Assembly (NCBI GenBank): GCA_040285855.1
Contig: JAUFOQ010000016.1
Location: forward strand, 682,001-746,000
DNA length: 64,000 bases
From: Eukaryota sp. GEM-RC1
Lineage: Eukaryota
Direction of reading: 5' to 3'
Below are positions 23,991-36,431 of the stretch, piece after piece. Under the pieces are notes generated by a model. The model saw only the letters and a list, made by a program, of their open reading frames with translations, was not told the origin of the DNA and searched no databases. Both the position numbers and the translations under genes were made by a program. Each line of letters starts with the position of its first letter. Position 1 is the first letter of the stretch.

Positions 23991-24143
23991 TTTAGTCTTC
24001 GCCTATATGGCTTAGATCAAGTGTAGTATCTGTTCTTATCAGTTTGACAGCTGATACGCTTCCTTCGGGGAGCTTCCTGTCATCGTATTTGTTTCTACTA
24101 CATGGCACTCGGACTTACACTTTCACCGTGCTGCTAGGTAGTT
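23991..24143 (+). ncRNA. U2: U2 spliceosomal snRNA
   Basis: GGCTTAGATCAAGTGTAGTATCTGTTCTTATCAG...CTGATAC. Stem I, IIa, IIb (UUCG loop), the IIc complement CTGTCA and one 3' hairpin are visible. Ends are approximate. Confidence 0.95.
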
Positions 24144-24409
24144 CTAATTCAACAACTGTTTACTTTAAGTCTGATATTGGTTTTTGTTTCTCAAAGCTGC
24201 GTATTAGTATACCCTTTTGATTTTATGTGCTAAGTGCTTGACAGCTCACCTGTTGTACATGCATCATACATAACATAAACTCTACATCTCCACTCTTTGG
24301 CTACAATACCGTTTTCATTTGGATACAGGTCTAGTTAAACTTACTACAGTGGTAGTTTCGTTGATGCTGCACGAATCTGAATTATTTCCAAACTGTTCTC
24401 CAGCCTTAC

Positions 24410-26123
24410 ATGAAGTTCGCGATGGACGACCCCAGTAACATTCTGCTTATTAGATGCGACAACCCTAATGCCATTATTGTTTTCAATTCAGAACAAGAAT
24501 GGCAAGCTGCTCAACAAGCCTCTACTACTGCAGACTCTAAACAGTAAAAGGATCTTGGAGGGAAAGCCTTTTCACACGGACAGTATACAAATGCTCTTGA
24601 TTACTACAATAGAGCACTCGAATTGGAAATCACGTCATCAGAAAGGGTGATTCTGATTTGCAATAGCGCTGCGTGTTATCTAAAGCTTCAGGAGTGGGAG
24701 AAAGCTGCTGAGATGGCACTTCAAGCTCTTGCCATTGACAGTGCCATCGAGAAAGCAGCGTTTAGATTCGCTACTGCTAGACTGAACTCTGGAAGAAGTG
24801 AAGATCTCTTGTCAAGTCCTGAGAGTTCTTTTCTTGAGAATATCAGGGAAAATCAACGGGAAAAGATCTTAGACAAAATATCAAAAGTAAAAGAAGAATC
24901 TAATGGACTTTACCATTATCAAAGTATATGTAAAGAGGCTTATGTTAATGGTTATGTTGACACGTGGCATTCTGATTTCTTTTCTTCTTCTATAGAAGTA
25001 TTTGAAACAGAGACAATGGGGCGGGGAGTTCGAGCTAAAGTCGATCTCCCCGAAGGAACTTTGTTGATGGCTTCAAAGGCTTTTACTTCTGATATTAGTC
25101 ACCGTTACGATACTTTTGAACTCTTGAAGGAAAAAACTGTGGCTAAAGTTCAGTCTTTGCCTGATGATAGTGATTTAAAAACTGAATTTTTTAAATTACA
25201 CAGTGGTCGGTCGCTTGACCAAAATGCTACTCCAAGTTCTTCTAATTATTTAATTCCTTTGATCTTGAAATTAAACGCATTCTCGATGTTCATTGACTCC
25301 AACAAACATGGTTGTGCTCTTTGGTTGAAGCCTTCTCTTGTTAACCATTCATGTCTTCCTAACTCTTGCCAACGTACCATTGGGGATTTCATGTTCATTT
25401 TTACAACAACTTCTGTTAAAGCTGGTGACCAGTTCTATATTTCTTATGTAGATTTGTTTCTGCCTCATGATGAACGCCGTCCACAACTTCAACGTGTTTT
25501 TGGCTTTGATTGCCAGTGTCCTCGATGTACTTTGTTCATGAATGATGAAAAGCTGTTAGAAACTGAACTTCTGTGCATTCAAGCTGAACGAACATATTCA
25601 AAAACTGGAAACATTAAGAGTTTAAATAAGATCATCTCCAAAGATAGTCGAAAAAAGTTGATTGACAATGCTCTATCGTCTCCTATTGAACTCAAGTACT
25701 CTTTAATGCAGTTAGTTGGAGTTCATTTGTCTTCTACCCAGGAAGAACCTCGAGCTCTTGTTTCTCTATTAGAAACTCACTGTGCTTTGTCCCATCAAAT
25801 TGGAAAGTCTAATGTGTTGTCTGTTAGCCATCCCTTTTCAACACATGAGATTGCTCTTTTGAATTTGTATGTATTAGGAGTAGTTTCGAACAGAGATAGT
25901 CGTGTGATCAATCTAGCAACAAATTTAAAAAAAAGCAGCTTGGATTAAGAAGTTAAGTACAACCGCGTTATTAGAGGAAATGGCGAGGTTATGTTCAATG
26001 TCAGTTCAGGGCTTTATAGATCAAGGTTTTATTCAGTTATTTGAGTCCATCACTGACTTTACCTATCAACCTTCTCTACGTCTTCATCTTATGTTGACTA
26101 CTAATTTGATTACAATAGAATAA
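24410..26123 (+). CDS. TPR + SET-domain (SMYD-like) methyltransferase; in-frame TAA at 24545 and A-run indel near 25930 (possible pseudogene)
   Basis: TPR KDLGGKAFSHGQYTNALDYY/NSAACYLKL; SET MGRGVRA...SLVNHSCLPN...ISY...FDCQCPRC. Confidence 0.8.
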
Positions 26124-27989
26124 ACACCGTCGTGACTCATCACATACCAAATGATTGAAAATGTTATTATACTTGTGGATCACAAACCCATGTGATCACA
26201 CTACTTGTGATTCAAATGTGATTGTAGCTTAAGTGAATTCATCACTATAATACATGTATATGATGAATTTAGAACAGTTTTACATGTTAGTTAACACTCT
26301 GATTGGTATTACAAAACCATATTTACTTTTCGACAATGTCATCACTTCCCTTTGTGTACGTCGACCCGTTTAAACAAAGATTATTCTACAGTATCAATTT
26401 GTAGATACTGGGAGATTTTTCGAATTCTGCTATATATTTATGAAACTTGAAATGAATTTGTACAACAATTCTAATTAACCAAAGTGTGACTGATCTCATT
26501 ACAAGTTTTGTAGGGTTTCAACAGCTGCTTGCTGATTTAGTACACAAAACTGAATGCTTCTGAAGTCTTTGATTTGGCTGTCCCTATAAATGATACTCTG
26601 AAGGTAAAGATCTTTTTCCTCAGTTGAGTCAAATACTACCTCAACTACATGTAATAGAATTTAATTGTTAAAAGGAGAATGACTGAGTGCTGGGTCGATT
26701 TTACTCTGTGTTTAATTTCATATTGATTTTAGTGATTTTTATATTTTAGTGATAAGCTGTCATCACTGGAGAAAGTGTCGAATTGCTAAACAATACCAAT
26801 CGACTTTTGGTTCATCACATGTACATTTTATCTGAAATTTGGTGTCATTCTGGTGTTTATTACCATTTGATCCACAATTTTCCTAGATTAATCATCACGT
26901 GTATTAATACGCACATCTATGATTATGTTGTTGATTGATACAATGAGTTACTATTACACTTATTTATTACATAGTGACATAGTTTAGTTATGTTCAGTCT
27001 ATATCAACTACTGTATAAAATGTGACATAAAAGAGGTGTATCAACTGGAAATTAAAAGGGGACGTGCACAACGAGCACTATGCCAGAATTAGATGGATGA
27101 TATAAGACACATCTACTCAGCACTTCTTTGTTGAAGATGTAGATAGACAGAGTCACCTGAAAACCATACTTTAGTAGTGTCACAAACAAACTTTTTCAAG
27201 CCTTCATAAAAATTTGCATTCAGTTATACATCCAACGTCTTTGGAATGAAGATATCACAAAAAAACTAAAGAGTGCCACTGCTATCACCTTCAAAAAACA
27301 AGACACATTCATCTCTCGAATCTCTATACAAACAGCAATACAATATGATGCTTTTCAAAAGATAGGGATATCAAAAGCAACCTTGCAACAAATCACTATC
27401 AGTTTATTGATACACAGAATCCCTGCTATCTGAAAACCCCTCCTATTTTTTCGCAACATCAAATGATACGCACTTTCATACAATTAAATCGTTCAGTGCT
27501 CACTCAAAACGCTGCCCTTGCTCCTACAAAGACTTCCATGCCTCCTAAAATGGCTGGCTTTATCCTTACAAAACAAAATAGGTATATCAGTTACAGTAAT
27601 TGGTGTAACATCAACAAGGAGTGTCACTAATGTTGCCAAAACATACTGAAAATTATGTTGGCAATAATTAGTCTAACTTTCGAAAAACTTTAAAATATAA
27701 ACTGAATTTATAAAATTCTGTTTATAGACCCCATAAGTGAAATAGGACTAGACAATGTACATATTCATCAATTTCATTAAATGGTTATTGATCTATTTTA
27801 ACCTTCTTCTCTTATGTTTTGATCGTCAAGGACAGAAGTGGCCACCAAGAAATCGTCATTTAAGTTCCGTTTGAATGATTCACTTCTTGAAATCCAAGTT
27901 CCAAATATAAGGGTGCCTGAATACGCAGAAGAAGAACCTTTTGTCGCTGATGTTCAAGAAAGTGTGGCAGAAGCTGTGGTAGAACTGTT

Positions 27990-28405
27990 TAAAAGAAGAT
28001 AACATCGCATATAGTTATATTAATTTTTTGTAGACATATATTAGTGTAAGTGACAAAAAATACTGTAAGTTGCATAGAGACGGTGTCACTTCTCCTGGAT
28101 GAATTCGTAGAACAAGTAAATAACCACTGAAATGGAAAGAAGCTGACTCTAGACAAAAGACGGCACAGACTTTGAATTTCGAAACTAATGCCAAATCTGA
28201 CATTGCTGTGATAATGCAAAAAGTCAATGACTGGGATAAAAACAGATGTGCAAACCGCAGAGAACGGTTCTTTCTTGTGGTGCTTCATCGCATGATACAT
28301 TCCATTGCAGGATTTTCGTACTGTAAGCCTTTGATGTGGGTTGATGGGTCTCACGTCAAAAGCCAGTTCGATGATGCTATACGCATTACCAAATTGAAGT
28401 TTTAA
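27990..28405 (+). mobile_element. MULE transposase relic
   Basis: SIAGFSYCKPLMWVDGSHVKSQF matches the MULE first-Asp motif and the 39899-40564 ORF. Confidence 0.65.
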
Positions 28406-28886
28406 ATGGAAATAACAAACCTGGTATTATTACATCAAGATTGCAATATCCTCTTCGACCTTGGTAACTACTTAGTATGAGTATTATTATCAGAGTATGT
28501 TGGAAATTACTTCCAACATTAACTAAAAGAAATTCCAATCATTAGAACAATTGTAATGTAAATGATGTTTCCGAATTTAAGAAAGTATATACTAGTATGT
28601 CAAAAGTTCACAAATTTGGGTTGAATTCTGACAAAAGCACCCGGATTACAAGGATTTAGAGACAGATACTGAGCAAAGTTTTGAAGTGGTTAGAGTGGCT
28701 CTGACTAACGAAGAAGCCAACTTGATTGAATAACTATTGATCAACACTCTTTATATAGAAGATTTGGTTGTTTTTGGTGAGGTTTTTCATTAAAGATCAG
28801 TAAAAATCGATGTATTGGACACATAAACCAACATTGAAGTTCTGAGACTTGACTTTGTAGAAAAGTGACTTCAATTTGAAGCCTAA

Positions 28887-30799
28887 ATGACAACTCTACC
28901 CGTTGCTCCTCTAACTACCTCCTTGAGTTGGAGTGACAACAACTATCTTGCTATTGCTGCTGACAATCAACTTCTTCTATATTCTTCCTATGGTCCCTTC
29001 CTTGATCCTTCTTCTACAACAAGAGCGATACATCCGTCTCATTTCCATACTTGCACTTACACGTCTTCCATAGATAACGCATCTTCTGACTTTTCTCAGC
29101 TCAACCCCATTGTCAGTTTCTCTCAACCAACCCCAAATCTACCAGAATTGTCATCAGTTGCCAGTGGTAAGTTCTTAGGACACTGTTGGAACTTAGACTC
29201 TCCTCTATCTTATCTCAAAACTTCTTTCTTTCCCTCTCTTTTCGCTCCCCTCACACCTCTTCTCGTGACTCTGAGATCAGACTACGCTCTGATTGTACAT
29301 AAACTATCTGAATCATCTCTTTCTCCTGCTCTAGAACCATTGCTTTCCCCACCTGCAATGATTTCGTCCATGTTTCAAGAGGCCATCGTGACTCATCCTG
29401 AAGCTAAAGGGGGAAACTCCTGCTGAACAAATTTTAAATGTTCAAGCTACAATTAATTGTTTTGACTTTTCGTCAGTTTATATTGATGACAATGGCTTTA
29501 GAAGGTGTCTTTTTGTAGTAGGCGGTTTGGGGGAATTTATTGGAATATTTGAATTTTTAAATGATGGAAATAGTATAGGATGTAATTTTTTAAATCTGGT
29601 ATCACATGGGTTTCTGAACGAATCTTTGGCCTATTTAAAATTTGTTGAATTTAGTTCTTCCAGTTTCCCTGATTTAATAATTATTGGCAAAAGGGCTCAA
29701 TTAAGATTATTAACTCTTGGAAGTGTGCAACTTTGTTCACTTTGACGTATTCTTCGCGATCTTCTCCTTTTCTCGAACAAACTTACCAATTTCTGTAGTT
29801 GCTTTTGATTTTTATGTTTTGAACAATATTTTGAATTTGTTACTTCTACGGTCAGACGGAAAAGTAGCACGAATTTGGATTTCCGCAGATTTTCGAAGTG
29901 ATTTTGAGCTAATCAACGTCGAAAAGGGCTCAAAAACGATGGTTTTAGCAAGTGCTCAAAATCATTCTTTTTTGATTGGAGGAACTTGTTTGACTCTCCA
30001 CTCACCTTCTACTTCCCGAGTTTTACACGTGTTTAAAGGCTGTTGTTATGGTCTGGCTCTATCAAAATTTAATAATTTAATTGTTCATCTTGATAGAACT
30101 TGTGTCGACTATTCACAGACAAAGAGCTCAAAAGTAGAGGTCAAAATGACATTTCAACCTGTTCGAGAATTATCTTGTGATGAGGTTATTCATCAATCAA
30201 AATTGATTCCGTCTCTAGAATTGGTTTCATGTTTGTCGTCATCAGATCATCAATTATTTTTGATTGCAATCGAAGAAACAGTTTCTACTCTTCTAGGATA
30301 TGATTTTTTCAATTCTTTTGAGGATGAGTTGGATCTTGTGAATTCAAAAAACCATTATAGTAACATATTGACTCAAGATCAGGTGCATCACTTATCGTTT
30401 TTATATGCTGCTTTTCACTGTATATTATCAAAAGAAATTAACGAAAATTTAGAAACTAAGTTTAACAAAGTTGGCTTGTATTTAACAATTGAACGTTTTT
30501 TCAAAAATTCTATTAATCAGGATGTTATCGAAAATTGTGCATTATGTAACCAAGATTTTGATTCCAAAGTCTGTATTAAAAATGACCAATTATTTAAAGA
30601 ATGTAAGAACGGACATTTATTTGAATGTTGCTCACTGACCTTAACTCCTATATTTGGTAACAACATAATATATAGCTGCAGCATTTGCAAAAGTATTGTA
30701 AATTTTGAAAAATTGAAAGAATTTCACAATCAGAATCCAAGCAGAGTATCATCATGTCCTACTTGTCGACAGAAATCTTTGGTCCCAGGCATTCTGTAG
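28887..30799 (+). CDS. TFIIIC 90-kDa subunit (GTF3C4/Tfc8)-like; indels near 29410 and 29730
   Basis: N-terminal LSWSDNNYLAIAA; C-terminal CALC...CKNGHLFECCSLTLTPI...CSIC...CPTC zinc finger. Confidence 0.65.
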
Positions 30800-30853
30800 A
30801 TTTAAAATTATCTAAATTTTCATTTTCTTACATTTATATGATTTTTAAATATT

Positions 30854-33454
30854 TTAATCGTCATCATCAAGGATCAAAACTCTTCTTTTAGTAAGAACTG
30901 ATGATGAAATTGTACGAGTTCTGGGAGGTGATTTTACTTGAACCGGTTCAAAACTGTCCTCGTCACCAGATATTGCTTCTGACTCCGATTGATTTTTTGA
31001 TTGATCTGTTGATTGAGAATGTTCCAGTTTTTGACTGACATCATCCTCGTCATTATCAACTTGATTAGTATTTTCAAGATCTTGGCTTTCAAGACTCTTT
31101 TTAAGTTCAGCTTTTCTTCTTCTTGCAATTTTTCTCTCAGCTTGTTGCATTTGCTTTTGCTGAAGTGCTTTTTGTTTGTACTGTTCAGTAAATGAATCTA
31201 GCTCTGAATCATTATCAGATGATTCGTCATTAGGGTCAGCTCCAAATGATTGATTACTATTTTGATTTTCACTAGAGCGATGCGAAGTAACTGTACTCGA
31301 TCTTGAAGTTGGAGAATATGAGTCAAAGTTTTCAAAATTCTGTTCAACAGTAGATTGCGCAATATCCCATGGAACTGAAAATAAAGAATGAACAAATAAA
31401 GATGGATATTTTTTGATATCAGTAATGAACTTTTGGACGAATTTTTTGGAGATTTTCAAAAGTCTAAACTGTTGAATTTGTGATTCATCAATTGATTTTT
31501 CTTTAGCTATAATTCGAGATAATTGAATTGTAAAATTCGAATTGTAAAAAAGAGGATACAGGTCTGTCTCCACAAAATATTCGAAAATATTAATGATATT
31601 TCGGCAAAATTTTCCTGAAATATTTGGCAGATGGTGAAAAATATAGGCAAAATTTCGAAACTGCCTTTCTCTCCCCAAAAGAATCAACAAATCTTCAGAG
31701 AATAAAGTATTGGACAAAGCCACCAGTACAGGATTAAACAGGAAATTTAAATTTGTTCTTAACATTTCCGGTAATTCCTTATGGAAAAGGATTCCAGGTT
31801 TTACAGCATCTTGTTCAGAACTGGGCTCAAAAGGATCGAATTTTCCCAAGTCTAAACAAATTAACAAAAGATTAAATAACTCCACAATATCAGACAAGAT
31901 TCGCAGAGGAAACTTGACTGGGTCATAGTCTCCAAATAATTTAATCAACAACATCATGAACGATTGACTGGCACTGGACTTATTTGACCGAGTCACCGCA
32001 AAGTCTTGTAACAAATCATGAAAAGCGCAAACACAAGCAATCAATAGTTTGCCAATAGGACGTAATTCTACATTTTCGATTCTTGATTGTGCCTCTTTGT
32101 GATCAAGATAACTAAGATATTCCATAAAGTCAGCATTTTCAATAAAATAGGAATGTTTTAAAAGTACGTTGAAAAAGACATCAAAGGTCAATTGAATTAG
32201 GTTTTTCATACAAGCAATGACCACAGCAATTTTGTTATAGTTTTTGGAAACTCTTCCATCTTCTAAATAATTGATTAACAATTGAGAAAAGATCGATCTG
32301 GTTCTCTGATCAGCAAAAGCTGTCCGCAAAAAAGTGCCAATAATTTCAATAATTGGATTTTTTAAATTTTGGATATCATTTAAAAACAAATATTTCAATG
32401 ATTCCCCAAAAAATGAAAGTAAAGAAATAAGCTGAAACTTTGGACTATTGATATCAAGTGGCTCTTCTGAAGGAATCCATTGAATGGACGGTAAAACTTC
32501 CAGCCTATTAAAAATCATAGGGATAAGCTGTACAAATTCCACAAAGAACTCAACCAATGATGATTCAATTTTCGTTTTCTCCACTCTGTTAAATTTTAAA
32601 TTTGATAAAAGAAACGAAATTTCAGGATTCGACTTACTCGACTGGTACTGCCGAGGATTCGGTTTAAAAGGACCATAAACCAAAGTTTCCTGTTGAACAA
32701 TAGCACGAGTCTGTTGAAATCCAAAGGGTTGAGAAGGTTGAAATCTTTTGATGACGTTCATAAAAAGATTCTAATGAAAAAGGAGACAGACTAAGAGAGT
32801 AAATAGCTAGTAAGGAACTTGTTAACTTAGGTTGATCTAGAATGATCAACCCACAGGAGTACTTGAAAAAACCACTAAATAAAAGACAATTGACCAAATT
32901 TAGGTGAGTATTGGCCTTAGCAATGTCATTCCCAGGACATTCTGCTTCTGAGGGATTTGGGATTATGAGGAGTTGATGGACGACACTAAGTGCCACGTCG
33001 ACATGAGTCAGGAAACGTGATGGGTCGTCATCAAGATGTTCTAGTAGAACTAACATAGGTTGGAGGAGAGGGACTATGAAGGAGGATTTACTGAAGTCAT
33101 ACTTCAATGTCTGGAGATGTATTAAAGAATCTTGGAAAGGAAGTTTGAGAGCAAATTCAAGGAAGAGTTTGATAAAAGCCAATGTTTCATGTAGAATGTC
33201 AAAGTAATCATTGACAAAAGCAGATTCCAACACTGGAAGAAGACGCTGTTGAACAAACTGTCGTTCAAGTAGAGTTGAAGTGACAGATGGGTTGGAGGAG
33301 GGTTCAAAATTGACAAAGATTTGGTGAAGGTCTGCAAGACCATTCAGGGCATCAGGATGTAACGAAAGGAATCATCATCAGCCCATTTGCCCAGAACCAG
33401 ATGAGCGTGACTTAAAAAGGAAGAGACTTGTTGAAGGAGAACATCTTTGGACAT
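30854..33454 (-). CDS. TIMELESS: TIMELESS/Tof1/Swi1 fork-protection protein; indels near 33360 and 32765
   Basis: The repaired N-terminus LGKWADDDSFRLHPDALNGLADLHQIF...FVQQRLLPVL, QLLIIP...HLNLVNCLLFSG and KFVQKF...SLFVHSLF parallel Timeless. Confidence 0.75.
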
Positions 33455-33587
33455 CAGTTATTAGCTTATTAATAGCAAATATTAGTGGTTATGTTAGTTT
33501 GAGGGAACTCGGAAGAGGACGTCTCAAGACAAAGTTATGACAGCAAATCTACATCAACGCTCCTCAACTACAAAAACTTGACCTCCC

Positions 33588-34370
33588 ATGGACCTTTACC
33601 TGCCAATTACACTTCCTCTTATAGTTCTTGTACTCGTCTTTTTGAGTTTGCTCACTTTTCTTGACCTTGACCTCAGTCGTTAAAGCTCTTTTCCGATCGA
33701 AAACTGTTACAGATGTTGTCTCCATAATCGGACCCGTGGATTCTGGTAAAACCGCTATGTTCTTTCGTGTATGGAATCCTTGTTCTCATCGAAGTACGTT
33801 ACTGGACAATTTGTACCCACTCAAACTTCAATGACAATTAATGAAGAAACTTGTCCTATAGGATCCTTTATAGCAAATCCCACCAAAAAGCATTTCAAAC
33901 AAGTCAATCTTCTGGATTTCCCTGGACATGAACGTCTACGAAGTTCATTAGCTGCCATTCTTCCTCGATCCCGTAGTATTGTATTTGTTGTTGATGGTTC
34001 AACTATCGAACGCACTGCTAAAAAAAGCAGCTCGTCTGTTTTACGATATTTTGTCCAACACTGACGTTGCAAAGAGAAAGCCGTCGATACTGATTGTTGT
34101 CAACAAACACGATCTGTTATTGTCGGACAAGATCCAATACGTCAAAGTCATTCTTGAAGACGAAATGTTTGATTTACACTCTTTTCTAACCTTAGAACCT
34201 CACTGATTACAGCCGAAAGTACTCTACCCGGAGCTACGCAAAGGTACAAGCCTGGATATAAGTTCTCTTTTTCTCAATATGGATCACAGTTCAATTTTGC
34301 CCAAGCTTCTGTTAAAAGCAATGATCTGAAACATGTTTCGGAGTTTATTGCTGCATCTTGTCATAAATGA
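33588..34370 (+). CDS. SRPRB: SRP receptor beta subunit; introns 33646-33676, 33769-33794, 34167-34195; A-run indel near 34022
   Basis: N-terminal TM, IGPVDSGKTAMFFR|YVTGQFVPTQTSM, LDFPGHERLR, IVFVVD, NKHD. Confidence 0.9.
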
Positions 34371-35159
34371 TCGTTCTTCTTTTCTCTTTGTTTACTTTCC
34401 CTGATCTTTTAAATAATTTTTAAATGTCTGGTTGATCTTACCGTGTTTGTCAGATCGGATCAGACCAGCAGTCACACCACTGTGTACTAAAATAGATATT
34501 AAATAAATATAAATAAGACACAAATTAAACAAAATGGACAATAAATATCATAATGCAAGTCATATAGGTATGTGAAAACAACCACTTTTGGATCTTCTAA
34601 AAGTATCTACAATGAAGTCTTTTACTTTGATATGTAAATATCAAAGCTATTTAGTTTTGTTTTTCAGTAATATGTTTTAAAATATTTAGTTTGCTTGTCT
34701 ATTGTTGTCATTTCATGGAGGCATATGGCTTATCCAGCATTCCGATGAAAAAGTAACTTTAGTTTCACTCCTGAACAGCAAACTACAAATTCGTTTCAAG
34801 AAATTTTACGTTTTCTGCAAAACTGACCGTTATATGCATTTTATTAACAGGAACGCGTCCATTTCACTAGCATCTGAAAGATGATTATGTATCTTTTTTT
34901 GTTTAAACACATTATTCAGCACCCAGACAGTTGACCTTAATGCAAAATGCTTCATCCAAAGATGAATATTATCTAAAGAATAAACACTTCAGGAATTGGA
35001 GAAATGGATCAAGGTCCACTATTACAAAGGTCAATTAAGAGAGCAGCGAACTCGGGACAAATAGTTTTAGCCATGATACTGACATATTAAAGTGGAGGAG
35101 TGCAAACTCATTAGTCAATTTATTTTGCATTTACAAACTTTTTGTATAATTTCTATTTA

Positions 35160-36195
35160 TTCTAAATGTAACAGACTAGACAACTATCATGTTATATCAT
35201 TAAAACAACACCCGTAGCTGTCAAATCTTACAACAGCTTTGTCCTCATAAAGGGAGCTCACAGCTGATCCCGATGATTATTGTCCAAAAATAGTACAAAC
35301 GATACGATTCAACCATAACATATGATCAAAACATTTGTTCATCCTATTTTTGCCATTTTTCCTAAATCGTTTTAGAAATTGAATACGCTTTTTCATAAAT
35401 ATAGTAGATTTATATAGTAGATTGAAACAGCAAAAGGGCATAATTCGTTCAGCTATATGCCATGTACAAATCTTACAAAATTGAATCCTTCATTGAACCT
35501 TTGCTGAGATCTCTTGACATCAATCAACATTCCAAAAAAAATTCTCAATAACAAAGACGTGCTGACTTGATTATACCTTTATCTTCTGGATCTCTGACAG
35601 TTATTGATGTTGTTTCAGTGGATGTGTGCAAAAAAAGTTGTAACAAGTTTGTTACACAGGAAATCTCACCTATAGACACTGCTGAAAATAACAAGCAAAG
35701 AAAGTGTGCTGATCCTTTGAAAGACCTGAAATACATTGTCCGTGTTGAATATTCACTTGTCCCATTTGCGATTTCTATATATGATAGATTAGGCAAATTG
35801 GCCTGGAAGTTCCTTGATGAATTGGCAAAGGTTGTAGCTCGTAAAACTAACAATATATTTGATCGTTCTTTTGGCAGAACCGAATTTTCTTTACGATTCT
35901 AAAGGCAGTTCCCGCAATGATTTCAAAAGCTTTGTTATCCCTAAGTGTGTTTTATAAAGACAAAGCTTCAACACGGTTCGATTCGAAGGAATCTTGATTT
36001 GATGACATTGAGTATTAGATCATCTGTTTTTATTTTCGAATAAATGATGCATTTTACATAAAAAAAAGCACAATTCGTATTCAACATGTTTTACAGGTAT
36101 TACAGCCATCAATAGATTCTTGTACTTATCATGTTTGGCTTGTTCAGAAATGTCTAAAGGGGAAGTATCAGAGGAAGCATTCTTTAAAGATATGA
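35160..36195. mobile_element. Nested RLE (CRE-like) LINE fragments: + strand copy 35449-36067 inserted in a - strand copy
   Basis: RADLI...VIDVVSVD...AENNK...VPFAISIYDRLGKLA; A-tail at ~36060; TSD GCA(T/C)AATTCGT at 35438-35448 and 36068-36078; flanks collinear with 43620-44025. Confidence 0.85.
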
Positions 36196-36431
36196 ATGAA
36201 TGAAAGTCTGTGCGAATTTAGTTAAATGATCTACAGAAATCATATGATAATTCAGGAGCAAGACACCTTAAAAGATGAGTTATTCTTCCAATGTTATATT
36301 GAATACTAATTGAAATAACAATTTGTATACAGCGTTATTGATAGAATCGCTATCTCTCCTGAAAGTGACATAAAAATGAGTTTAGAATTGGTGGAAACCG
36401 AATTCCTATTTTTTTTCTAGGATGTTAATGG

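Noticed and set aside
24545..24547. Stop-codon reassignment suggested by in-frame TAA (SET gene) and TAG (61592, pol)
   Set aside because: Conserved proteins end at their expected C-termini with TAA (UNC119), TAG (PSMB3) and TGA (CFAP298); isolated mutations or errors are simpler.
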